Part shown: piece after piece, positions 51,441 to 60,085 of the stretch
Position numbering within the stretch: position 1 is the first letter of the stretch
Layout of the letters: each line of letters begins with the position of its first letter
NCBI RefSeq assembly: GCF_030528505.1
Contig: NZ_JAUMYS010000001.1
Coordinates: 16,547 to 80,546 of the forward strand
Length of the DNA: 64,000 bases
Direction: 5' to 3'
DNA from: Tannerella sp.
Lineage (GTDB): Bacteria; Bacteroidota; Bacteroidia; Bacteroidales; Tannerellaceae
Made by a program: the position numbers and the translations under genes
The notes under the pieces: generated by a model
Databases searched by the model: none
What the model was told of the DNA's origin: nothing
What the model saw: the letters and a program-made list of their open reading frames with translations, nothing else

Positions 51441-52895
51441 ATGGAAATAGCAAAATCATACATTCAATCTCTTTTTAAGACAAAAGGAGTTGTTATACAG
51501 CAAGATAGGATTGGCTTATTAAATGAGTTTATAGAAAGCAACTCAAATATAGCAGCTGTAAGACAAATTATTGATATTCAGAACATGCTAATGGATAAAT
51601 GGAAATTAAAAAATAGGATAGAAGACATTATTGCACAACAAATTAGCATACCGAATGCAACTGTTAACAAGCCATATCAGGCAAGAATTGATTTTCAGCA
51701 ATTAAAGTTAACAGACTTGTCTGAATTCGATGTTGATGGATTCTCTAAATCAGGGTTGACTTACGATAAGGAAAAACAAACAATTACAGGAATTCCCATA
51801 CAAAGCGGTGATGTTAAAATCAGGCTATTATTTAAAGTAAAAGGAGAAAGCGAAAATGAGCTCTTACACGAAAAAGTAATTTCCCTTATCATTAATCCTG
51901 ACCCTAAAACACTTTGGAAAGATATTCCGAGCGATGAAAGTGCTGTTTTTTGGAAAAAAGATGATGACTATAATTTCAGTCAATTAGGAGAAAAGCATAT
52001 TGTTGTTGCTTCTAAGAGAGGCCGCTCTCATAAGAATATCGGTTCCTTCCGCGATGACGATTTTGCTTTCAAATACTATAAAAATACTGGTTGGTCGATA
52101 GTTGCTGTTGCCGATGGCGCTGGAAGTTGTACCTTATCAAGGCAAGGATCAAAAATTGCTTGCCATGCCGTGATTGACCATTTTGAACAAACAGAAGATC
52201 TCAATCTTGATAAAGAATTTGAACACAAAATAAAGGAGTTTATCCAAACTAAAGATGAAGCGATATGGAGAGAATCGGAAGTTTTGTCAAAACATATTTT
52301 ATACAAAGCAACCACATTTGCACATAGTAAAATCCGGGAAGCAGCAATAAAAACCTATCAGGATAACCCTGAACTATTTAATAATCCGAAGGCTAAAAGT
52401 CCATTGGATTATTTTCACTCAACTCTAATATTCGCTTTGTATAAAAGGTATGAGTTAGGATACCTTATTCTTACTTTTAGTGTTGGAGACTGTCCAATTG
52501 CAGTAATGAATAAGAATCAAACAGAGGTATCCTTGCTTAACTGGTTGGATATTGGTGAATTTGGAGGAGGGACACGATTCATTACTCAATCTGAAATTTT
52601 TCATTCCAGTGAATACCCAATGGCTTCTCGGTTCAACTTTCATCTTATTCCAGATTTTTCCTATCTGTTTTTGATGACTGACGGAATTTATGATCCTAAG
52701 TTTGTTGTGGAAGCAAACCTTGAGAAACACGAAAAGTGGATGGATTTTTTAAGTGATTTAAGTGGGAACAATGAAGAGTGTGTAAAGGTTGAGTTCAATC
52801 CTGATAATAAGGAAATAGAGGGCCAGTTGCTACAATGGATGAACTTTTGGAGTCCGGGGAATCATGATGATAGAACCTTAGCTGTCATTTTTTAA
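51441..52895 (+). CDS. PP2C-family Ser/Thr protein phosphatase with ~190 aa N-terminal domain of unknown function
   Basis: The PP2C motifs VAVADGAGS, SVGDCPIAV and FLMTDGIYD are present. The ATG at 51441 follows the TAA of the upstream gene by 1 nt. The track ORF (from 51270) reads back into the upstream gene. Confidence 0.75.
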   Translation: MEIAKSYIQSLFKTKGVVIQQDRIGLLNEFIESNSNIAAVRQIIDIQNMLMDKWKLKNRIEDIIAQQISIPNATVNKPYQARIDFQQLKLTDLSEFDVDGFSKSGLTYDKEKQTITGIPIQSGDVKIRLLFKVKGESENELLHEKVISLIINPDPKTLWKDIPSDESAVFWKKDDDYNFSQLGEKHIVVASKRGRSHKNIGSFRDDDFAFKYYKNTGWSIVAVADGAGSCTLSRQGSKIACHAVIDHFEQTEDLNLDKEFEHKIKEFIQTKDEAIWRESEVLSKHILYKATTFAHSKIREAAIKTYQDNPELFNNPKAKSPLDYFHSTLIFALYKRYELGYLILTFSVGDCPIAVMNKNQTEVSLLNWLDIGEFGGGTRFITQSEIFHSSEYPMASRFNFHLIPDFSYLFLMTDGIYDPKFVVEANLEKHEKWMDFLSDLSGNNEECVKVEFNPDNKEIEGQLLQWMNFWSPGNHDDRTLAVIF

Positions 52896-52912
52896 TTTAT
52901 CAAAGAACGAAT

Positions 52913-54430
52913 ATGAACACAAGAACTGTTTCGTCAATCATTACGGGTAAAACGTATCAATATGTAGATAATGGAGAGCCTATGCGGGGAGGAATGAAAG
53001 ATGTTTTTTTTAGTCCGGATAAGTCTTATGTGGTTGCTTTCTATAGAGACTTACAAGATTTTAACTCCAGGGAACGATTAAAAAAAATTGTGACCCAGTA
53101 TTTTGACAGTTTCTTCAACAAAGAAGGCGGGAGCTACTACAAAAACCTATATACTTGGCCTACAGATGTAGTAGAAGCAGATAAAAAAGTGGGAATCATT
53201 GTTCCGTGTTATAGCCGAAATTTTTTTTTCAAAAAAGGATATGCAAACAATGACCTATTAAAAGGAAAAGAAAAAGAAGGAAAATGGTTTGCGAGTGCAA
53301 AATTCAGGGTCATTCAATCCAAGTCGAAATTGGATGAATCCGAATTGGGGAATTGGCTAAGTTATTTTCAGATATGTGTAAACATAGCTAGAGGAGTAAA
53401 AAGATTACATGCAGCAGGCTTGGCTCATTCTGATTTATCCTATAAAAATGTATTAATTGACCCGATAAGTAAAACAGCTGCTATTATTGATATCGATGGA
53501 CTTGTTGTGCCGGGTCTATTTCCTCCTGATGTTATAGGAACGGCTGATTTTATAGCTCCTGAAGTGTTAGCGACAAAACATTTAGACAAAAATGACCTAA
53601 ACAGAAAATTACCGAATCGCTTAACAGACTTGCATGCTTTGGCTGTACTAATATACATGTATTTGCTCTATCGGCATCCTCTTCGTGGTGGCAATTATTT
53701 TGGAGCTGTAGAGTCTGAGGAAGAAGAAGATTTATTGATGGGCTCAAAAGCTTTGTTTATTGAGCATCCAACAGATGCAAGCAATCGGAATTTCAAACGA
53801 GAATATGGTGATAACCTCACAAAATTTTATCCCTGGACAGATTTGAAGAAAACTCCATATACTATCACAGGGCCATATTTAAAGGCACTATTTGACCAAG
53901 CATTTATTAAAGGTTTACATAACCCGATTGAAAGACCTACTGCAGATGCTTGGGAGCATGCACTGATTAAAACCAATGATTTGAAGCTCCAATGTAGTAA
54001 TCCGAGATGCGGGCAAAAATGGTTTATTTATAATAATACAAAAGATACCCATTGTCCGTTTTGCGGAACAAAATATAATCAATCAATCCCGGTGTTGGAT
54101 TTTTTCTATCAGTTCAAACCAAGTGTTTGGAAACCGGATAATCAACGATTGGTTGTTTACAATAATTCTACTTTGCATCAATGGCATTCCAACCGAAATG
54201 TAATTAGGAATGAAAAGCTAACTGATGCACAAAAAGCAAGGGTTGGATATTTCTCTTATTTCAATAACAAATGGTTCTTTGTTAACGAGAAGTTATCTTC
54301 ATTAAAGGATCTGACGGAGGACAGATTGATTCCAGTGGGCTCAATGGTGGAAATCACCAACGGAAAGAGACTGTTGCTTCTAAAAGAAGAAGGGGGGAGA
54401 GTCGCTATCGTATCACTTACAAATAACTAA
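52913..54430 (+). CDS. atypical Ser/Thr protein kinase with C-terminal zinc ribbon
   Basis: The catalytic loop HSDLSYKNVLID (HRDLKxxN-like) is present. DIDG stands in for DFG. The APE motif (FIAPEVL) is present. The C-terminus CSNPRCGQKWF...CPFCGTKY contains the zinc ribbon. Confidence 0.75.
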   Translation: MNTRTVSSIITGKTYQYVDNGEPMRGGMKDVFFSPDKSYVVAFYRDLQDFNSRERLKKIVTQYFDSFFNKEGGSYYKNLYTWPTDVVEADKKVGIIVPCYSRNFFFKKGYANNDLLKGKEKEGKWFASAKFRVIQSKSKLDESELGNWLSYFQICVNIARGVKRLHAAGLAHSDLSYKNVLIDPISKTAAIIDIDGLVVPGLFPPDVIGTADFIAPEVLATKHLDKNDLNRKLPNRLTDLHALAVLIYMYLLYRHPLRGGNYFGAVESEEEEDLLMGSKALFIEHPTDASNRNFKREYGDNLTKFYPWTDLKKTPYTITGPYLKALFDQAFIKGLHNPIERPTADAWEHALIKTNDLKLQCSNPRCGQKWFIYNNTKDTHCPFCGTKYNQSIPVLDFFYQFKPSVWKPDNQRLVVYNNSTLHQWHSNRNVIRNEKLTDAQKARVGYFSYFNNKWFFVNEKLSSLKDLTEDRLIPVGSMVEITNGKRLLLLKEEGGRVAIVSLTNN

Positions 54431-54443
54431 AATAAACATCATC

Positions 54444-57320
54444 ATGGAACGAAAACATCATTTCACAGGCTTAACCAATGAAAAAGTACTTGAGAGCAGG
54501 GAAAAACATGGTACTAATGTATTAACCCCACCAGAGAAAGAACCTTTATGGAGGCTCTTTGTGGAAAAATTTGAAGACCCCATCATTCGGATATTGTTAA
54601 TAGCAGCATTTCTATCATTAGGAATTTCCTTTGTGCATTGGGAATTTGCTGAAACTATCGGTATTTTTTGTGCAATATTTTTGGCAACGGGTGTTGCTTT
54701 CTGGTTTGAATTAGATGCCAACAAGAAATTCGACGTATTAAATCAAGTTAATGATGATGCTTTGGTAAAAGTAATTCGAAATGAGCTTGTTTGTGAAGTA
54801 CCCAAAAAAGATATCGTGGTTGGCGACATTGTAATTCTTGGAACAGGTGAAGAAGTACCTGCGGATGGAGAGTTATTAGAGGCTGTTTCCTTGCAAGTAG
54901 ATGAATCATGCTTGACCGGTGAACCAATGATTGATAAAACAACCAATCCCTCCGATTTCCAATCGGAAGCTACCTATCCATCTAATTGGGCGATGCGTGG
55001 AACCAAAGTGATGGATGGACATGGAATTTTAGAGATAAAGAGAGTTGGAGATTCAACTGAATATGGAAAAGTTGCTGAAAAATCAACAGAAATGACAAGA
55101 GAAGAGACACCTCTTAACCAACAACTTGACAAGCTGGCTAAATTTATAGGTGTAGTTGGATTTATTCTTGCCACTCTTACCTTTTTTGCTTTGTTTATTA
55201 AAGATATATGTTTAGGAACGACCACTTTTACAATGGCACAACTTGGCTCGATTGGAATTATACTTGTTTCCGCAATGGTAGTACTTGTTAAAGTTTGGGT
55301 TCCTATTATTTATGACGCTTTTGAATTATGTGGAAAGACTAAAGAAGTTCCCCAGTGTATTGATGAAAGAAGTTGGTTACAATGGATAGGGCTGGGAGGA
55401 GGAATCTTCATTGTTTTATCTGTTATGGGGTTTGCTTTCGGAATAAATCCATTGCATACAGAATCGTGGATTAGTTTAGATGCTGCTGGGCGTATTCTAC
55501 AATACTTCATGGTAGCTGTAACCTTGATAGTAGTGGCTGTTCCTGAAGGGTTACCAATGAGTGTAACGCTAAGTTTGGCTTTAAGTATGCGCCGAATGCT
55601 TCAGAACAATAACTTAGTTAGAAAAATGCATGCTTGTGAGACAATGGGAGCTACTACTGTTATTTGTACTGATAAGACAGGTACGCTTACTCAAAATCAG
55701 ATGAAGGTTTATGAAACTCAATTCTTTGCTCTTGATAATCAATCTTTATCAAATAGCGAGTTAAGTAATCTCATAAAAGAAAGTATATCTGTCAATTCAA
55801 CTGCTTATCTTGATTCTTCCCAACCACAAAAAATTAAATCTATAGGTAATCCTACGGAAGCGGCATTGTTATTGTGGCTATATAATCAACAAGTCAATTA
55901 TTTGGATATACGAGAAAGTGTCGAAATTATTGACCAGCTAACCTTTAGCACCGAACGTAAATATATGGCAACACTGATTAATTCTCCTTTATTGAATAAG
56001 AAAGTGCTATATGTAAAAGGAGCACCTGAAATTGTACTTTCAAAATCAGATAATGTACTATTTAAATCAGGTAAGAAATCTATTTCCGATTCAGAAAAGC
56101 AAATAGAAGAGTTATTATTACAATACCAGAATCAAGCTATGCGAATACTTGGATTCGCTTATGAAATTATTGAAGATGATATGCCTCGCTTCGAAAATGG
56201 GAATTTAGTCAATATAAATCTTACATATTTGGGACTTACAGCAATCTCTGACCCTGTTCGTGAAGATGTTCCTATGGCAGTAGATGAATGTTTAAATGCA
56301 GGCATTCAAGTTAAAATTGTTACCGGAGACACACCGGGAACCGCGAGAGAAATTGGTCGTCAAATTGGAATATGGAATGAAAGCGATAAACTTCATAACA
56401 TCATTACCGGAACAGAGTTTGAAAGACTGTCGGATGAAGAAGCTCTTAAACGGATAAAACATCTAAAAATAATGTGCCGTGCACGTCCAACCGATAAGCA
56501 AAGACTCGTACAGTTATTACAGCGCTCAGGTGAAATTGTTGCTGTAACGGGAGATGGTACTAATGATGCTCCTGCTCTAAACTATGCACAAGTTGGTTTA
56601 TCAATGGGTAGTGGCACATCTGTGGCTAAAGAAGCCAGTGATATTACTTTGCTGGATGATTCCTTCAAAAGTATAGCTTCGGCCGTTATGTGGGGGCGTT
56701 CACTTTATCAGAATATACAACGTTTTATTCTGTTTCAGTTAACCATTAATGTAGCAGCCTTGGTTATCGTGCTGCTTGGATCGATATTGGGTTATGAATT
56801 GCCTCTTACTGTGACTCAAATGCTGTGGGTTAATTTAATTATGGATACTTTTGCTGCCGGAGCGTTGGCTTCATTACCCCCTAATGAGAAAGTGATGGAT
56901 AATAAGCCGCGTAAAAATGACGCTTTTATCATTACACCTGCAATGCGATTCAATATCTTATTTGTTGGTTTTTCGTTCGTTGCACTTTTATTGGGTCTAT
57001 TATTTATATTCACAGAGAATGGAGTAGTTAACCCATATGACTTATCACGTTTCTTTACTATCTTTGTCATGTTACAATTCTGGAATATGTTTAACGCAAA
57101 AGCGTTTCTTACACGAAAGTCTGCTTTTTCAAATATAAAAAACTGTATCGGGTTTATTCTGGTTGCAATTGTGATTTTGGTTGGTCAGGTCCTAATCGTT
57201 GAATTTGGAGGAAAAGTATTCCGCACTGTGCCACTTTCTCTAAAAGATTGGGGTATAATTATAGGGGCGACTTCATTCGTATTATGGATTGGAGAAATAG
57301 TACGATTTACTAAAAAATAA
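54444..57320 (+). CDS. P-type ATPase, Ca2+-transporting type (P2A/P2B-like)
   Basis: DKTGTLT, TGDGTNDAPAL and the TM4 PEGLP motif (VAVPEGLPMSVTLSLA), characteristic of Ca2+ pumps, are present. The protein is 958 aa. Confidence 0.9.
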   Translation: MERKHHFTGLTNEKVLESREKHGTNVLTPPEKEPLWRLFVEKFEDPIIRILLIAAFLSLGISFVHWEFAETIGIFCAIFLATGVAFWFELDANKKFDVLNQVNDDALVKVIRNELVCEVPKKDIVVGDIVILGTGEEVPADGELLEAVSLQVDESCLTGEPMIDKTTNPSDFQSEATYPSNWAMRGTKVMDGHGILEIKRVGDSTEYGKVAEKSTEMTREETPLNQQLDKLAKFIGVVGFILATLTFFALFIKDICLGTTTFTMAQLGSIGIILVSAMVVLVKVWVPIIYDAFELCGKTKEVPQCIDERSWLQWIGLGGGIFIVLSVMGFAFGINPLHTESWISLDAAGRILQYFMVAVTLIVVAVPEGLPMSVTLSLALSMRRMLQNNNLVRKMHACETMGATTVICTDKTGTLTQNQMKVYETQFFALDNQSLSNSELSNLIKESISVNSTAYLDSSQPQKIKSIGNPTEAALLLWLYNQQVNYLDIRESVEIIDQLTFSTERKYMATLINSPLLNKKVLYVKGAPEIVLSKSDNVLFKSGKKSISDSEKQIEELLLQYQNQAMRILGFAYEIIEDDMPRFENGNLVNINLTYLGLTAISDPVREDVPMAVDECLNAGIQVKIVTGDTPGTAREIGRQIGIWNESDKLHNIITGTEFERLSDEEALKRIKHLKIMCRARPTDKQRLVQLLQRSGEIVAVTGDGTNDAPALNYAQVGLSMGSGTSVAKEASDITLLDDSFKSIASAVMWGRSLYQNIQRFILFQLTINVAALVIVLLGSILGYELPLTVTQMLWVNLIMDTFAAGALASLPPNEKVMDNKPRKNDAFIITPAMRFNILFVGFSFVALLLGLLFIFTENGVVNPYDLSRFFTIFVMLQFWNMFNAKAFLTRKSAFSNIKNCIGFILVAIVILVGQVLIVEFGGKVFRTVPLSLKDWGIIIGATSFVLWIGEIVRFTKK

Positions 57321-57427
57321 TTCAGGCTTGTTTCTAGTAAAATTATCAGAGATATGATATTTATTGGCTTCTAAAAAATAAGATAGTTAAGGGATAAATG
57401 CCGATGCTATTTTTTTAATTGGATAAA

Positions 57428-57443
57428 GGCGAATCACTCCGAA
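57428..57443 (+). repeat. attR-like direct repeat GGCGAATCACTCCGAA
   Basis: This copy is paired with the repeat at 46074-46089. Confidence 0.55.
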
Positions 57444-57446
57444 ACG

Positions 57447-57486
57447 AAGAGGGTGTATCAAAACGCAATGTTTGGGCACACCCTCT
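57447..57486 (+). terminator. hairpin (AAGAGGGTGT...ACACCCTCTT) immediately after attR, probably the original tRNA-Lys terminator displaced by the insertion
   Basis: The 10-bp stem follows directly after the partial tRNA 3' end copy. The hairpin is seen in the sequence; the displacement model is inference. Confidence 0.4.
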
Positions 57487-57596
57487 TTAGGTGTGTAAGA
57501 ATGGGTGAAATTGGGGGGCGCTAAGGATGAGAGCGAGGGAGCATACTAATGTATGTGACCGAGCTCACATTCCGCAAGCAACGAAGCAGTACGCCC

Positions 57597-57860
57597 GTTA
57601 TGACACACCGCATTTGCTGTTTTGTCCAACAGCCCACAGGCATAGCGTTCGGACCAATCAAACAGGGAGTGCTCCTATCTCCGGTGTAAGGCATCCGTAA
57701 TGACCGGAGAAGTCTCGAAACCCATATCCGCGACCCAAAGAAGGAGCAGGTCGGTCTCTCTATACCGTGCCTGCAAGACTTCAATTTTCAGCGCATCTGT
57801 TATCCTTCGGTCTATTACTTTGTCAAAATCATATTTTTCCATGATTTCCTTTCTTTTCAA
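57597..57860 (-). pseudogene. remnant of a PatB/MalY-family PLP C-S lyase (cystathionine beta-lyase-like), N-terminal ~60-85 codons only, interrupted by in-frame stops
   Basis: MEKYDFDKVIDRRITDALK...DLLLLWVADMGFETSPVITDALHRR is the PatB/MalY N-terminal signature. It is followed by a TAG, about 25 more in-frame codons (EHSLFDWSERYACGLLDKTANAV...), then a TAA. A full-length PatB is about 390 aa. Confidence 0.6.
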
Positions 57861-59053
57861 GTTGCCGCTCCGTCTTTTTTCTCGGTCAAGGCTTGCTGGA
57901 TATCCTCAAACAGATCATCCACATCCTCCAGACCGATAGAAAGTCGGATGGTCGTATCGAGTATATCCATGCTTTGCCTCTGTTTGTCGGAAAACAAACC
58001 AAAGATGGTGCTCGCAGGATGGATGGCAAGCGTTTTATTGTCAAACAGGTTCGTGGCACGACGGATCAATTTCAGTCGGTTGATGAAGTTGAAACATACC
58101 TCTTGACTTTCAAGCTCGATGGTCATCATAGCGCCTGCCGTAGGCCCGAACTGCTGCTGTGCCAAGGCATGGTACGGATTGTCTTCCAGTCCGACATAAT
58201 TGACGTGTCTGACTTCCGACAAGGTGCGAATTTTATGCGCCAGTAGAGCCGCGTTGGCGGACTGTATCCGGTAGCGTGCATCCAATGTTTCCAAACCGAG
58301 CGTATGCATATAGGCCACATGGGGAGTCATGTACGCGCCTATATTCAATAACATTTCGGTACGCATGCGTTTGCTGAATCCTGCGCATGTGCCATAATCG
58401 ATGACTAATCCGCCAATGGACGTTGCGCCTCCCGACAAATATTTGGTGCTGGAAACAACTTCAATATCTACTCCAAGTTTGTGCGAACTGAATTCTGTAA
58501 AAGGGATAAGAGTGGTGTCTGCTATCAGGGGAATTCCTTTTTCGCGGGCTATTTGCGAAAGAGCGCGCAGGTCTGCCACCTCCATCTGCGGATTCGTAAT
58601 AATCTCTAAAAAGATGCAACACGTATGCTCGTCTACCGCGTCTTTAACAGACTTGAGGTCGGTCAGATCACATAGTTTGGAATTTACTCCGAAGCGAGAT
58701 AGCGTTTTGGTAATCAGTGAATAGGTGTTGCCGAATAAATGGCGTGAGGTGACAATGTTCTTTCCAGCTGCCGCGATGGCCAGTAGCGTATTGCTGATAG
58801 CCGCCATGCCGGAGGTGAAGGCGATGACTTCGGCGGCATCGGTAAGAGACTTTACTTTGTTTTCGAAAAACGTCACGGTAGGATTCATCACTCTGGAATA
58901 GTCCGGAGCGTCTGTTCGCCCGCAAAAAGCATCCGTCATCTCGGCTGCATTGTCGAATTCATAGGATGCCGTGTGATAGACCGGCATGCTGAGCGCATTA
59001 TAGGTGTCCCGACGTTGAAATCGGGTATGGATTGCCTGAGTTTGCTTCTTCAT
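57857..59053 (-). CDS. Cys/Met-metabolism PLP-dependent enzyme (O-acetylhomoserine sulfhydrylase / methionine gamma-lyase family)
   Basis: The 398 aa protein has the N-terminus TQAIHTRFQRRDTYNALSMPVYHTASYEF and a PLP-lysine region around SSTKYLSGGATSIGG. Confidence 0.8.
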   Translation of the reverse strand: MKKQTQAIHTRFQRRDTYNALSMPVYHTASYEFDNAAEMTDAFCGRTDAPDYSRVMNPTVTFFENKVKSLTDAAEVIAFTSGMAAISNTLLAIAAAGKNIVTSRHLFGNTYSLITKTLSRFGVNSKLCDLTDLKSVKDAVDEHTCCIFLEIITNPQMEVADLRALSQIAREKGIPLIADTTLIPFTEFSSHKLGVDIEVVSSTKYLSGGATSIGGLVIDYGTCAGFSKRMRTEMLLNIGAYMTPHVAYMHTLGLETLDARYRIQSANAALLAHKIRTLSEVRHVNYVGLEDNPYHALAQQQFGPTAGAMMTIELESQEVCFNFINRLKLIRRATNLFDNKTLAIHPASTIFGLFSDKQRQSMDILDTTIRLSIGLEDVDDLFEDIQQALTEKKDGAAT

Positions 59054-59364
59054 TCTTTTGTTCTTGATATTGTAATGATAATCTTCTGTAAAATCTCGGC
59101 AAAAATAGAGCTAAAAAATGAAAGAAGGGGTTGGAAGTAGTCAAAGAATGAATATGGAGTAAGTTTTTTGGAATATTATTCTTTCAGGGAGTCTTATTCA
59201 TCCCGACAGAAGAAGATTATTCTGAAAAGAAGTCGTTATATAGATTGTTTTCTTGTTTTTTCATAGGGTCTTGGTCAATGATTCGTTTTGTCTTCACTTT
59301 GAGGCCCTTGAATAAAAGATAAAACATGAAGTTAAAATTATGGCAGTGATAAATGTTCGCTGCC

Positions 59365-59985
59365 TTATTCGATAAACGCATAGACAATTCCGACAACTGA
59401 GAGCGAGAGGATTACGCCTCCCACAATCTGATTCAAGATACGGATGCCGCGGATATTGAACCAACGCCGGAGCTTGGAGACAATATAGGTGACGAAAAAC
59501 CACCAGAGGATGGCTCCTGCGGCAATGCCGCCCAGTCCGCTCGGCACATCCCATACGCTGGCCGAAAAGACAAAAGCGAACCGTGCAAACAGTCCGATAT
59601 AGAGAAGCACAATCAGCACATTGCTAAATGTCAGGAGAAAAGCGGAAACAAAATCCTGAACGAACGACATCTTTTGCTCCCGGTTTTTCTTCAACTGCTT
59701 CACCGGATTACTCTGGAAGATATAATATCCGAAAGCGCCCAGCATAATGCTTCCGAATATCCGGAGCGGCTGCTGATGAGCTTCCACGAAATTCACAACG
59801 AGTCCCATGAACAAACCGGTAATGGCCGCATAGATCACATCGGATAGTGCGGCGCCCAGGCCGCTGACAAACCCGTGCCATCGTCCTTTCGACAAGGTAC
59901 GCTGAATACAAAGCATCCCGATAGGCCCCATCGGAGCCGAGACCAGAATACCGATAATCACACCTGTATAGAAAAGTTCAATCAT
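59365..59985 (-). CDS. LysE/RhtB-family amino-acid exporter
   Basis: The 206 aa protein has 6 TM helices and the family N-terminus MIELFYTGVIIGILVSAPMGPIGMLCIQRTL. Confidence 0.8.
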   Translation of the reverse strand: MIELFYTGVIIGILVSAPMGPIGMLCIQRTLSKGRWHGFVSGLGAALSDVIYAAITGLFMGLVVNFVEAHQQPLRIFGSIMLGAFGYYIFQSNPVKQLKKNREQKMSFVQDFVSAFLLTFSNVLIVLLYIGLFARFAFVFSASVWDVPSGLGGIAAGAILWWFFVTYIVSKLRRWFNIRGIRILNQIVGGVILSLSVVGIVYAFIE

Positions 59986-60085
59986 TATTCTTTATCGCCG
60001 GTCATAGCACCTCTGTTGGGTTTGTGCCGGCATCCTGTTTGCTTCATTAGCCTAATCAATCGTTTGCAAAGGTACGCTTTTCTGT

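Larger units (their letters stand above)
46090..57427. mobile_element. approximately 11.4 kb tRNA-Lys-associated integrative genomic island (integrase plus TerD/TerY-P/Ca2+-ATPase operon)
   Basis: A tyrosine integrase sits immediately 3' of the tRNA. Flanking direct repeats match the tRNA 3' end. Base composition is strongly AT-skewed relative to the flanks. The native-looking tRNA terminator hairpin is displaced to the attR side. Confidence 0.6.

Noticed and set aside
59054-59364. Possible SAM riboswitch upstream of the Cys/Met PLP enzyme gene.
   Set aside because: I read the leader on the coding strand. No SAM-I (GGTGGAGGGA / kink-turn) or SAM-II core could be matched, only a short CAGAA/TTCTG palindrome. 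This is not supported without a covariance-model search.
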